Positions 46,566-55,603 of a stretch of DNA of 64,000 bases are shown piece after piece. Both the position numbers and the translations under genes were made by a program. The notes under the pieces were generated by a model. It ran no database searches and was not told the DNA's origin. It worked only from the letters and a program-made list of their open reading frames with translations. The DNA is from Candidatus Binatia bacterium (lineage in GTDB: Bacteria > Patescibacteriota > Patescibacteriia > SG8-24), in the NCBI GenBank assembly GCA_035495855.1, contig DATJFD010000002.1:13365-77364 (forward strand). The letters run 5' to 3'. Each line of letters starts with the position of its first letter. Within the stretch, counting starts at the first letter, position 1.

Positions 46566-46676
46566 TCGCTCCGACATTGCAGACAGCATGATAAAGGACT
46601 ACGGCTCGCTTGGCAAGGGGCCGTGCTTAAATCCATAAGGAGGCTCAACCCAGCGAAAATATGGCACACGGCATCC

Positions 46677-46705
46677 TTGACAAAAGGGTCATTTTGTGCT
46701 ATTGT
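46677..46705 (+). promoter_or_regulatory. promoter TTGACA - 17 nt - TATTGT (with TGc extension)
   Basis: Read directly, about 80 nt upstream of CDS 46785. Confidence 0.5.
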
Positions 46706-46784
46706 ATGACGTTCGAAGGAGCAAGCGCTTCGAACGACCCAGCGGAATCGTCCGCACTTTCCACCTTCAACCAGGAGTCAGTCC

Positions 46785-47099
46785 ATGTCGAACATGCCCG
46801 AGCGCATCGAGCTCACCACCGACCCCGACCGGCACGCGAAGCTCCGCCGCAAGCTCGAAGAGTACGCCCAGCGCATGACGCTGCAGCACGGCCCGAGCAC
46901 CATGCTCGATCTCACGCTGAAGCACCGCCTCCTGTCCGCCCTCCTCGAGGACGGTTCCGTCGACATCATCGCCTTCCAGGCGCGGATGGAGTCCGAGAAC
47001 CTCTTCAGGAGCGACACGTTCAAGAACGCGGTCATGGTCATCGCGGCCTACAACGACGACATGCCCGCGGCTCTCCTCGGCGGCACCGGGCTCCGCTAG
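46785..47099 (+). CDS. hypothetical protein
   Basis: AGGAG lies 7 nt upstream. 104 aa. Confidence 0.55.
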   Translation: MSNMPERIELTTDPDRHAKLRRKLEEYAQRMTLQHGPSTMLDLTLKHRLLSALLEDGSVDIIAFQARMESENLFRSDTFKNAVMVIAAYNDDMPAALLGGTGLR

Positions 47100-47189
47100 C
47101 TCCTTCCACGCGACCCTCCACGTTCCTTCCACCAACCCCAACCACAACCTCCTTCCAAAACGCACCTGGCTTCGGGTGCGTTTTTAATT

Positions 47190-47330
47190 AAAGAACAAAG
47201 AGCAGAGAGCAGAGAACAGAGAAAGCTAAGAAGTACTGACCTTGAAAAAACCGCGTCGCATGGCGACGCGGTTTTAGAAGATCCGCATTCCTCTAAACTC
47301 TGTTCTCTGTCCTCTGGTCTCTGTTCTCTC
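47190..47330. repeat. nested palindrome with terminator core variant
   Basis: AAAGAACAAAGAGCAGAGAGCAGAGAACAGAG .. AAAAAACCGCGTCGCATGGCGACGCGGTTTT .. TTCCTCTAAACTCTGTTCTCTGTCCTCTGG. Confidence 0.75.
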
Positions 47331-47332
47331 AC

Positions 47333-47914
47333 TCACGGCGTCGTGCCGTCGGGCAGCGTCTCGAGCGGGATCGGCAGCCGGTTGTCGGTGAAGCGCGCGA
47401 CGCGGTCGCGGTCGGCGAGGACGGCGCGCACCAGGTCGGCGGCGTCGCCGTCCGCGGTCGCGATGCGGCGCAGCGCTTCGGCCAGCTGGGCCGGGGTGCC
47501 GTTGCCGATGAGCCCCTGCACGGCGCGGATGTCGTCCGCGGAGAAGTAGGCGATGCTCTTCTGCATGTACATGCGCATGCCGGCGTTGCGCGCCTGCGCG
47601 TTCGCCTCGGGCGAGAGCATCAGGCCGAGCATGGCGGCGATCGCGCGCTCCGGCGATTCGGGGAGGCTCTCGACCTCGCCGTTCCAGACGCGCCAGACGA
47701 CGTTGCGCTTGGCCATGGCCTCGCGCGTGTTGGCGTTCGCGGGGACGCATTGCCCCGGGGCGGACGCGGCGGGCGCGGGCCGCGCCGGGCCGTACGAACG
47801 GCCGATGACGTAGCCGAGGAAGCCGGTGCCGCCGGCGAACGCGAGGATGAGGAAGGCGCCGAACGCGATACGGCGCAGTCCGCGCTTCGCTCCGTCGATC
47901 CATGAAAAGTCCAT
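47333..47914 (-). CDS. membrane-anchored hypothetical protein
   Basis: AAGGAGG lies 6 nt upstream of ATG 47914. N-terminal TM helix. Confidence 0.55.
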   Translation of the reverse strand: MDFSWIDGAKRGLRRIAFGAFLILAFAGGTGFLGYVIGRSYGPARPAPAASAPGQCVPANANTREAMAKRNVVWRVWNGEVESLPESPERAIAAMLGLMLSPEANAQARNAGMRMYMQKSIAYFSADDIRAVQGLIGNGTPAQLAEALRRIATADGDAADLVRAVLADRDRVARFTDNRLPIPLETLPDGTTP

Positions 47915-48003
47915 GACGAACCTCCTTTCGAGGCCTGGAAAGAGCCGGTCCCCGCATCGGGGACGCAAGACGTTCACGAGGAACGGAAGGACCCTAACAT
48001 CGG

Positions 48004-48077
48004 GAGTCGAAAGTGGAAAGTCGAGAGTCGAAAGAACGCGGCCTCTCGACTCTCGACTCTCGACTCTCGACTCTGGA
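48004..48077. repeat. heptamer-word palindrome (GTCGAGA/GTCGAAA words)
   Basis: GAGTCGAAAGTGGAAAGTCGAGAGTCGAAAG .. TCTCGACTCTCGACTCTCGACTCTCGACTC. Confidence 0.7.
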
Positions 48078-48106
48078 CTAAAAAAGACCGCCGAAGCGGT
48101 CTTTTA

Positions 48107-49273
48107 CTAAGGATGTCGCTGCCGCGCGAGGCGCGCGTGCGAGCCGGGGATGCCCTCGCCCGCGAGCGCGAGCAGGGCGGCGAAGTTCTGCGCCAGCCCC
48201 GCGGCGGCCATGAGGCCGGCGAGATCGGCGGCGTCCTTCACGCCCATGAGCTTGCGGCAGAACGCCGCGGTCGGATGGCCGGTCGCGCCGCCGACGGTCC
48301 CGATGGGGAGCCGGAGCTCGAGCCTGCCGCGCACCTCGCCTTCGCCCGCGGCCTCGTAGGCCGTGAGCGGCCTGTACCCGCAGGCCGTCGCCGCGGACGC
48401 GTGGACGCAGGCCTCGATGGCGCGCGTGTCCTGGCCGGTCGCGAGCGCGATGGCCGAGACCGCGTTCATCACGCCCTTGTTGTGCGTCACGGCGCGCGTC
48501 GCGTCGTGTGCGGCCCAGACCTGGAGGTCGAGCACCCTCTGCGGGAGCGCCGCGGCGCCCGGCGCGCGGAACGTCGCTTCGGCGACGACGGGGAAGCCGG
48601 CGTCGTCGTTGCAACAGATGACCGCGGTCGGCCGCGCGTCGGTGAAGAGCCTGAGCAGCCGGTCGGCCGCGCGCTCCGCGATGCGGGTCACGACGTTCGC
48701 GCCCATGGCGTCGCCGGTGCCGATCTCGAGCTCCACGATGATGAGCGTGTCGCGGTCGCCGGGGACGAAGCGCGGCTCGAGCACCTTGAGAGCGCCGCCG
48801 TGCTTGGCCATCGGATTGCATTCCGCGGCGAGCAGGTCCTCGATGTGGGACCTCCAGGCGCGCAGCTTGGCGAGCGCTGCCGGCGGATCAGCGAGCCGCG
48901 CGTACAGTATCTGCGCCCTGGTCCGCGCCTTGCCGACCGTGACGGTGATGCCGCCGTCGGCGAGCTTCGCTGCCTTCGACGCCGCGGCGATGACCGAACG
49001 TTCTTCGGTCGCCATGGCGATGAGCCGCGGCTCGCCGTTCACGACGAAGTTCGTGGCGAGGCCGAGCGGCACCGGAAAGGCGCCGATGCAGTTCTCGATC
49101 ATGGCATCGAACGCCATCGCCAGCTTCTCCGGCGTGTGGTTCAGGATGCCGTAGACGTCCGGTGACGCGAGGTCGAGCCGGTAGAGCTCCGTCATGCGCC
49201 GCGCCGGGGACATCCCCCGGAGCTTGAGCGCGTGGCGGGCGGGAAAAGAACGGGGTTGCGAGGAGTCGGACAT
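48107..49273 (-). CDS. mvaA: class II hydroxymethylglutaryl-CoA reductase
   Basis: IENCIG, ATEERSVIAA, GDAMGANVV and IGTVGG motifs. AAGGAGGA lies upstream of the ATG. Confidence 0.8.
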   Translation of the reverse strand: MSDSSQPRSFPARHALKLRGMSPARRMTELYRLDLASPDVYGILNHTPEKLAMAFDAMIENCIGAFPVPLGLATNFVVNGEPRLIAMATEERSVIAAASKAAKLADGGITVTVGKARTRAQILYARLADPPAALAKLRAWRSHIEDLLAAECNPMAKHGGALKVLEPRFVPGDRDTLIIVELEIGTGDAMGANVVTRIAERAADRLLRLFTDARPTAVICCNDDAGFPVVAEATFRAPGAAALPQRVLDLQVWAAHDATRAVTHNKGVMNAVSAIALATGQDTRAIEACVHASAATACGYRPLTAYEAAGEGEVRGRLELRLPIGTVGGATGHPTAAFCRKLMGVKDAADLAGLMAAAGLAQNFAALLALAGEGIPGSHARLARQRHP

Positions 49274-49375
49274 GCGTTCCTCCTTGAAGTTGCACATCGT
49301 GCGCCCTTCCGCCGGGTTCGACCCGACGTCGGAACGTAGCACCGGCCTACCTGAGCGTCAAACGGCGCGCGGTCG

Positions 49376-49520
49376 TTTTCTAGACCCTGAAACAAGTTCA
49401 GGGTGACATTTTTTCTGGACCCCGCATCACGTGCGGGGTGACATTCTTTTGTCATGCTGGACTTGTTTCAGCATCCAGAAAAAAATGTCACCCCGGCCCG
49501 CGAGCCGGGGTCCATAAAAA
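49376..49520. repeat. REP/BIME-like hairpin cluster 2 (4 units: 2 inverted, 2 direct)
   Basis: Units have TGTCACCC/TGTCATGC ... GGGTCCAGAAAAA flanks with three stem types. Confidence 0.75.
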
Positions 49521-49526
49521 ATCGCC

Positions 49527-49563
49527 CGAAGCTCGAAGCTCAAAGCTCGCAGCTCGAAGCTCC
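49527..49563 (+). repeat. GCTCRAA heptamer array (5 units)
   Basis: GAAGCTC GAAGCTC AAAGCTC GCAGCTC GAAGCTC. Confidence 0.7.
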
Positions 49564-49595
49564 AAAAAGAAAAACCCCGGCGGAGCGCCGGGGCG

Positions 49596-49871
49596 TCATG
49601 AAGAGCCGAAAGGCTTGGAGTCGCGCTTGCGGGCGACGGCCAGGATGCGTTCGAGGTCCTTCTCGTCGCGATAGTCCTCGAGGAGCATCTCGCGGAGCGC
49701 CTGCGCCCCGTCGACGAAGAACTCTGGCGGCAGCTTGCCAGGATCGAGCTGCCCGTCGCGGGCCCGCTCATAGCGGACGAGCTCGAGGAGCTTCTGGATC
49801 TTGGTGAGGCGGCCGAACTTGCGTTTGAAATGCTCGACGCTGTCGCGGCGAGGGTCTTTGCTCGAGGCCAT
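49596..49871 (-). CDS. hypothetical protein (91 aa)
   Basis: Starts at MASSKDPRR. No family recognised. Confidence 0.45.
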   Translation of the reverse strand: MASSKDPRRDSVEHFKRKFGRLTKIQKLLELVRYERARDGQLDPGKLPPEFFVDGAQALREMLLEDYRDEKDLERILAVARKRDSKPFGSS

Positions 49872-49949
49872 GAGGCCCTCCGGGATCGGGTCCTGCTTCG
49901 AAAGAAACCGTTTTGAGCGTAGCGGAGGAGGGGAATACGGGCAATCATT

Positions 49950-50021
49950 GAGGTTGTAGGTGGTAGGTTGTAGGTTGTAGGAAGCCACCGCCGCCCTACA
50001 ACCTACCCCCTACAACCTAGG
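49950..50021. repeat. heptamer-word palindrome (GTTGTAG words) in a divergent promoter region
   Basis: GAGGTTGTAGGTGGTAGGTTGTAGGTTGTAGG .. CCTACAACCTACCCCCTACAACCTAGG. Confidence 0.7.
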
Positions 50022-50028
50022 ACCTCGC

Positions 50029-51312
50029 ATGGACCTCTTCTCCTACAAAGCCAAAGAACAACAAAAGAAGGACGCGCCGCTCGCGGACCGCATGCGACCC
50101 GAGACCCTCGCCGAGTTCGTCGGCCAGGCCGAGGTCGCGGGCGAGGGCAGCGCGCTCCGCAAGCTCATCGAGGGCGACGAGGTCCCGTCGCTCATCCTTT
50201 GGGGCCCGCCCGGCACGGGAAAGACGACGCTCGCGCGCCTCGTCGCCACCCTCACGGCCTCCCGCTTCGTGGCGCTCTCCGCGGTCTCGAGCGGCGTGGC
50301 CGAACTGCGCCAGGTCGTGGCCGAGTCCAAGGACCGGCTGGCGCTCCACGGCACGCGCACCATCGTCTTCGTCGACGAGATCCATCGCTGGAACAAGGCG
50401 CAGCAGGACGCGTTCCTCCCGTACGTCGAGGACGGCACCGTCACGCTCATCGGCGCGACCACCGAGAACCCGTCCTTCGAGGTGAACTCGGCGCTCCTCT
50501 CGCGCTGCCGCGTGTTCGTGCTCGCCAAGCTCGAGGCGGACGACATCGCCGTGCTGCTCCGCCGCGCGGTCGACGACCCCCGCGGCCTGGGCGGGCGCGC
50601 CACCGCGGACGACGACGCCCTCAAGCTCATCGCCGCGGTCGCTGACGGCGACGCCCGGACCGCGCTCAATGCGCTGGAACTCGCGGTCGGCGCGGCCAGA
50701 CCCGCCGCCCCCAAGGCCGGAAAATCCGGCGTCGACGCCCCTGCCCCGAGCGTGGTACACTTGCGTCGCGAGGACGTCGCCAAGGTCCTCAAACGTTCGC
50801 ACTTCCTCTACGACAAGACGGGGGAGGAGCACTACAACATCATCTCGGCGCTGCACAAAAGCATGCGCGGCTCGGACCCCGACGCGGCCCTCTACTGGCT
50901 CGGCCGGATGCTCGAGGCCGGCGAGGACCCGCTCTACGTCGCCCGCCGCCTGGTCCGCTTCGCCTCCGAGGACATCGGCCTCGCCGACCCGCAGGCGCTC
51001 GTGCAGGCCACGGCCGCCTTCCAGGCCGCCCACCAGCTCGGCATGCCCGAGTGCGACGTCTGCCTGGCGCAGGCCGTCGCTTACATGGCCAAGGCGCCGA
51101 AGTCGATCGCCCTCTACGCCGGCTACGGCCGCGTGAAGCGCGACATCGCCGAGTCCGCCAACGACCCCGTGCCCGTCCACCTGCGCAACGCGCCGACGAA
51201 GCTCATGAAGGAGCTCGGCTACGGCAAGGACTATATCTATACGCCCAGCGACCCCGCCGCGCAGCAGGACTTCCTCCCGCCGCGCCTCAAGGGAAAGAAA
51301 TACCTTTCGTAA
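50029..51312 (+). CDS. rarA: replication-associated recombination protein A (AAA+ ATPase)
   Basis: LWGPPGTGKTTLA, VFVDEIHRWNK and the C-terminal MgsA-type region. Confidence 0.9.
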   Translation: MDLFSYKAKEQQKKDAPLADRMRPETLAEFVGQAEVAGEGSALRKLIEGDEVPSLILWGPPGTGKTTLARLVATLTASRFVALSAVSSGVAELRQVVAESKDRLALHGTRTIVFVDEIHRWNKAQQDAFLPYVEDGTVTLIGATTENPSFEVNSALLSRCRVFVLAKLEADDIAVLLRRAVDDPRGLGGRATADDDALKLIAAVADGDARTALNALELAVGAARPAAPKAGKSGVDAPAPSVVHLRREDVAKVLKRSHFLYDKTGEEHYNIISALHKSMRGSDPDAALYWLGRMLEAGEDPLYVARRLVRFASEDIGLADPQALVQATAAFQAAHQLGMPECDVCLAQAVAYMAKAPKSIALYAGYGRVKRDIAESANDPVPVHLRNAPTKLMKELGYGKDYIYTPSDPAAQQDFLPPRLKGKKYLS

Positions 51313-51347
51313 AAAAGCTCAAAGCTCAAAGCTCGCAGCTCAAAGCT
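51313..51347 (+). repeat. GCTCAAA heptamer array abutting ATG 51348
   Basis: AAAGCTC AAAGCTC AAAGCTC GCAGCTC AAAGCT followed by ATG. Confidence 0.7.
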
Positions 51348-52316
51348 ATGAAAAGATACGCGCTCACCATCGCCTTCATCGTCATGCTCGCCGGCGGCGT
51401 GGCGATGAGCCTCATCTACAACCAGAGGCCCGAACGGATCGTGGGCGAGGCGATGCGCAAGCTGCGCGACGCGAATTCGTTCATGGGCGCGGCGACCATC
51501 GCCACCTTCGCGCCGGAACGCATCGTGCAGGCCGCGGGCGCGGACCCGAACCTCGTGCTCCTGCCCATCGTGTTCGTCGGCGAGGTCGGCGTGAACGTGC
51601 CGCCCGGCGGCAAAGTGAGCGGCGACGCGAACTTCGAGCTCATCGGCAGCGACAAGGACAAGCCTGTCACCTTCCACGTCGTCACCGCCGAGGACGGCAC
51701 GTCCTACGTGCGGTTCGAGAACGTCCCCGCGGAGAAGACCTCCGCCAAGGTCGTCGAGGAACTGAACGGCAAATGGTACTCGATGCGCACGCGCGGTCTC
51801 GCCGCGCTCCTCGCCAAGGACGGGGAAGCGACGGCCGACCAGGAGGACCCGAGCGGAAAGCCGGCGGCCGACGCCTGGGAGCGCATCCGGGCGACGGTCT
51901 CGAGCGGCGAGCTGTTCGGGAGGCCGGAGCAGCAGGGCAGGCAGGTCCTCGGCGCGGCGTCCGTGACGAAGTACGAGGTGCCGCTCAGGCGCGAGGCGCT
52001 CGTCGGCCTGGCGCAGGACATCAAGACCATGGTGCGCGGACGCGCGCTCACCGACGAGGAACGCGCGGAGGTCGAGAAGACGATGGCCGACCGCGACGTT
52101 TCGCTGCAGGTCTGGATCGACCGTTCCGCCAAGAAGCTCATGCAGGCGAACCTCGACGTGCGCACGCACGCGGCCGACGAAGGCGGCACCGAGCAGAAGC
52201 CCGCGCTCCTCAGCGTGCTCATGCGGTTCAGCTCCTGGAACGAACCCGTCCCCGTCGAGGCCCCCAAGGACAGCCAGCCTTTCGGCGATCTCATCGAACG
52301 TCTCAAGAAGAAGTAA
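51348..52316 (+). CDS. membrane-anchored hypothetical exported protein
   Basis: Starts at MKRYALTIAFIVMLAGGVAMSLI. The ATG directly abuts a GCTCAAA heptamer array. Confidence 0.55.
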   Translation: MKRYALTIAFIVMLAGGVAMSLIYNQRPERIVGEAMRKLRDANSFMGAATIATFAPERIVQAAGADPNLVLLPIVFVGEVGVNVPPGGKVSGDANFELIGSDKDKPVTFHVVTAEDGTSYVRFENVPAEKTSAKVVEELNGKWYSMRTRGLAALLAKDGEATADQEDPSGKPAADAWERIRATVSSGELFGRPEQQGRQVLGAASVTKYEVPLRREALVGLAQDIKTMVRGRALTDEERAEVEKTMADRDVSLQVWIDRSAKKLMQANLDVRTHAADEGGTEQKPALLSVLMRFSSWNEPVPVEAPKDSQPFGDLIERLKKK

Positions 52317-52399
52317 TGGAGGAGTGAAGGAACTGAGTGGTTGGGCGACGATGCCTCGATCACTCATCCACTCCATTCCTCAGTTACTCCGTTACTCCA

Positions 52400-53689
52400 A
52401 TGTCTCAGCCCGCGATGGCGGACCTCTCCTCGGCGGGAGGGCCGAAGAAGCCCGCGAAGAAGTGGTACACGAACGTGTACATCCTTTTGATCATCCTCGT
52501 CTCGCTGTTGGCGGTGTCCATGGCGGCGCTGTTGCTGCTGCTCCTGCCCCGCTCGTCCGAGATCATCCGGTTGATGCAGTGGCGGATGGTCAACGCCAAG
52601 AGCTTCTACGTCGACGCGAGCGCGGAGTACCACGGCGAGCTGCAATCGAAGGACGACAGCGGCATCGTCCGCAAGCGCGACGAGGACCTGACCTTCGACA
52701 CCGTCGGCTGGGTGGACCTGAAGGACCCCGCGCTCAAGCGCATGGCGCAGAAGTTCGACCTTCGCGCCGGCAAAGGCGAGACCGCGCTGGTGTTCGCGGG
52801 CGACTATCTCCGCGCCGGGACCGCCAACTACTTCAATTTTTCGACGATGCCGGCGCGCCTCGGCACGCTCCACTTCGACGAGTTCCAGGGCAAGTGGCTG
52901 CGCATCAACGTGAAGAAGCTCCTGTCCTTCCTCGACCTGCCGCTCATCGGCGGCGACCATCCCGAACTGAGCGACGAGGACAAGGCCTATCTCACCGAGC
53001 AGTTCCGGCAGACGCCGTTCCTGCAGGTCGAGGAGAAGCTCCAGAGCGAGCCGATCGGCGGCGTGCGCACCTACCATTACAAGGTCCGGCCCGAGAAGCT
53101 CTTCTTCAAGGACTTCTACGTGATGGCTGAAAGCAAGCGTCTCGGCCGCGAGCTCACCAACAAGGAGCGCCTGGCGGCGGAGACCTTCTTCGCCAACCTC
53201 ACGGAGGACTCCGGCGAGATGTGGATCGGCACGGGCGACTACTATCTCTATAGGATGCGGCTGCGGTTCAAGTACGACGACGGCAAGCGTGCCGGTTACG
53301 TGTCGCTGACCGCCAACTTCTCCCAGTTCAACGAGATCCCGGTGATCGAGGCGCCGACGTCCGGCGTGCAGGACGCGACGCAGGTCGTGGCTTCGATGCT
53401 GCCCGGCTTCAAAGAACATCTCCCGCTCGCCAAGGAAGGCCAGGTGCCGTGGGGCACGGCCGCCGAGGAGGAGGGGATCGGCGGCTTGCCGATCAAGGTG
53501 AACGACTCCGGCCAGGACGATCCCGACCAGGACGGACTGCCGAACGTCCTCGAGAAGTTCTACGGTTCGGACCCGAACAACCCCGACACCGACGGCGACG
53601 GCGTGAAGGACGGCGAGGAGGTCAACCGCGGCGACAATCCGACCGGCGCCGGCAAGCTGTTCGACTTTTTCGGCGGAAGGTTCCAGTGA
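52400..53689 (+). CDS. membrane-anchored hypothetical exported protein with C-terminal Asp-rich (thrombospondin type-3-like) Ca-binding motifs
   Basis: N-terminal TM helix. The C-terminus reads DDPDQDGLPN...DPNNPDTDGDGVKDGEE. Confidence 0.55.
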   Translation: MSQPAMADLSSAGGPKKPAKKWYTNVYILLIILVSLLAVSMAALLLLLLPRSSEIIRLMQWRMVNAKSFYVDASAEYHGELQSKDDSGIVRKRDEDLTFDTVGWVDLKDPALKRMAQKFDLRAGKGETALVFAGDYLRAGTANYFNFSTMPARLGTLHFDEFQGKWLRINVKKLLSFLDLPLIGGDHPELSDEDKAYLTEQFRQTPFLQVEEKLQSEPIGGVRTYHYKVRPEKLFFKDFYVMAESKRLGRELTNKERLAAETFFANLTEDSGEMWIGTGDYYLYRMRLRFKYDDGKRAGYVSLTANFSQFNEIPVIEAPTSGVQDATQVVASMLPGFKEHLPLAKEGQVPWGTAAEEEGIGGLPIKVNDSGQDDPDQDGLPNVLEKFYGSDPNNPDTDGDGVKDGEEVNRGDNPTGAGKLFDFFGGRFQ

Positions 53690-53755
53690 TCGTGACCATA
53701 TGGCCGGCGCGCTCGGCAGACCGGCATGATTTTTCGTGCTTCCACGGCTATACTT

Positions 53756-53830
53756 GAGTACACAGTAAACAGTACCCAGTAAACAGAACTCGGACCGTTC
53801 CGAAACTTCTGTGTACTGTTTACTGGGTAC
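53756..53830. repeat. heptamer-word palindrome (GTACNCA/GTAAACA words)
   Basis: GAGTACACAGTAAACAGTACCCAGTAAACAGAA .. TTCTGTGTACTGTTTACTGGGTAC. Confidence 0.7.
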
Positions 53831-53839
53831 TTCGCCCAC

Positions 53840-55603
53840 ATGTCCTCCTGGCACCGGACAACCAGGCCGGGCCGCGCCGCCCCGAAGCGGCCGGCCGGAG
53901 AACTGCGGCTGCGCATCTTCCAGGGCGCGGTGCTTTTGGCGATGGCCGCCGTCGCCGGCCGGCTGTTCGCGCTGCAGGTGCTCTCGCACCGTTTCTACGC
54001 CGCGCTCGCCTCCAACCAGCACGGCATCCTCGAAGACCTCTTCCCGACGCGCGGCGCCATCTATCTGCGCGACCCGAAATCGCCCGACGGCAGGTTCCCG
54101 GCGGCCATCAACAAGACGCTCTCGACCGTCTACGCCAACGACCGTGAGATCAAGGACGCGCGCGCGGTCGCGCACGAGCTCGCGCCGGCCATCGGCCTCG
54201 AGGAGGCCGCGCTCTTCGAGAAGCTTTCGAAGCCGCTCGATCCGTACGAGCCCCTCGTGAAGAAGGCGGACGACGCGCTCGTGGACAGAGTGAAGGCGCT
54301 CGGCATCAAAGGCATCGGCTTCACCCGCGAGCAGTTCCGCTACTACCCGGAGAAGTCGTCGGTCGCGCACGTCGTGGGCTTCGTCGCTTCGAGCGGCGGC
54401 AGCGAGCGCGTCGGGCGCTACGGCATCGAGGGGCACTGGCAGGAGGCGCTGGCCGGCAAGCCGGGCGCGCTCGCGAGCGATGACGGCCCGCTCGGGCGGT
54501 TCATCGGCTCCGCGGACGCGGGCTTCGCTCCCGCCAAGGACGGCGACGACCTCACGCTCACCATCGACCGCAACATCCAGTACGTGGCCTGCGAGAAGCT
54601 CCGCGAGGCGGTCGCCCGGCACGGCGCGGACAGCGGCAGCGTGGTCATCCTCGACCCCAAGACCGGCGCGGTCATGGCGATGTGCGGCGTGCCGGACTTC
54701 GACCCGAACGACTTCGCCAGCGCCGACCTGCGCCGTTTCAACAATCCCGTCATCTTCGGCGCGTACGAGCCAGGCTCGGTCTTCAAGCCGGTCACGATGG
54801 CCGCGGCGGTCGATGCCGGCAGGGTCGGTCCCGGCACGCTCTACAACGACGAGGGCTTCGTGAAGATCGGCCCCTATACCATCAAGAACTCGGACGGCAA
54901 AGGCCACGGCATGCAGACCATGACGCAGGTGCTCGAGGAGTCGCTCAACACCGGCACCATCTTCGCCGTGCGCCAGCTCGGGCCGAAGGCGTTCCTGCAG
55001 TACGTCTCGGACTTCGGGTTCGGCAGTCCGCTCGGCATCGACCTCGACACCGAGTCCGGCGGCGACATCGAGTCGCTGCGCAAGAAGGGCGAGATCTATG
55101 CCGCGACAGCCTCGTTCGGCCAGGGCATCACCGTGACGCCGCTCCAGCTCGCGGCGGCGTACGGCGCCATCGCCAACGGCGGCAAGCTCATGAAGCCGTA
55201 CGTCGTCGGCTCGGTGAAGCATCCCGACGGCACCGAGGAGAAGACCGAGCCCGTCGTCATCCGCCAGGTCATCACCAAGCGCGCCGCGGGGCTCGTCGGC
55301 GGGATGCTCGTGCGCGTGGTCGAGAACGGCCACGGAAAGAAGGCCGCCGTGCCGGGCTATTACGTCGCCGGCAAGACGGGCACCGCGCAGATCCCGAGGC
55401 CGGGCGGCGGCTACGAGGTCGGCGCCTCCATCGGTTCGTTCGCGGGGTACGCCCCCGTCGACGACCCGGCGTTCGTCATGGCCGTCCGCCTCGACCGGCC
55501 GCGCGACGTGGAATGGGCCGAGTCTTCGGCCGGTCCGCTGTTTGGAGACATTGCCAAATTTCTGCTACAATACCTGCAAATCCCGCCTGACCGGACCAAA
55601 TGA
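53840..55603 (+). CDS. penicillin-binding protein 2 / FtsI-type peptidoglycan transpeptidase
   Basis: SVFK (SxxK), SLN (SxN) and KTGT motifs, with an N-terminal TM anchor. Confidence 0.9.
   Translation: MSSWHRTTRPGRAAPKRPAGELRLRIFQGAVLLAMAAVAGRLFALQVLSHRFYAALASNQHGILEDLFPTRGAIYLRDPKSPDGRFPAAINKTLSTVYANDREIKDARAVAHELAPAIGLEEAALFEKLSKPLDPYEPLVKKADDALVDRVKALGIKGIGFTREQFRYYPEKSSVAHVVGFVASSGGSERVGRYGIEGHWQEALAGKPGALASDDGPLGRFIGSADAGFAPAKDGDDLTLTIDRNIQYVACEKLREAVARHGADSGSVVILDPKTGAVMAMCGVPDFDPNDFASADLRRFNNPVIFGAYEPGSVFKPVTMAAAVDAGRVGPGTLYNDEGFVKIGPYTIKNSDGKGHGMQTMTQVLEESLNTGTIFAVRQLGPKAFLQYVSDFGFGSPLGIDLDTESGGDIESLRKKGEIYAATASFGQGITVTPLQLAAAYGAIANGGKLMKPYVVGSVKHPDGTEEKTEPVVIRQVITKRAAGLVGGMLVRVVENGHGKKAAVPGYYVAGKTGTAQIPRPGGGYEVGASIGSFAGYAPVDDPAFVMAVRLDRPRDVEWAESSAGPLFGDIAKFLLQYLQIPPDRTK

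Noticed and set aside
52364-55333. 989-aa minus-strand ORF.
   Set aside because: It is antisense to CDS 52400..53689 and to PBP2 (SxxK/SxN/KTG present on the plus strand). This is a shadow ORF.
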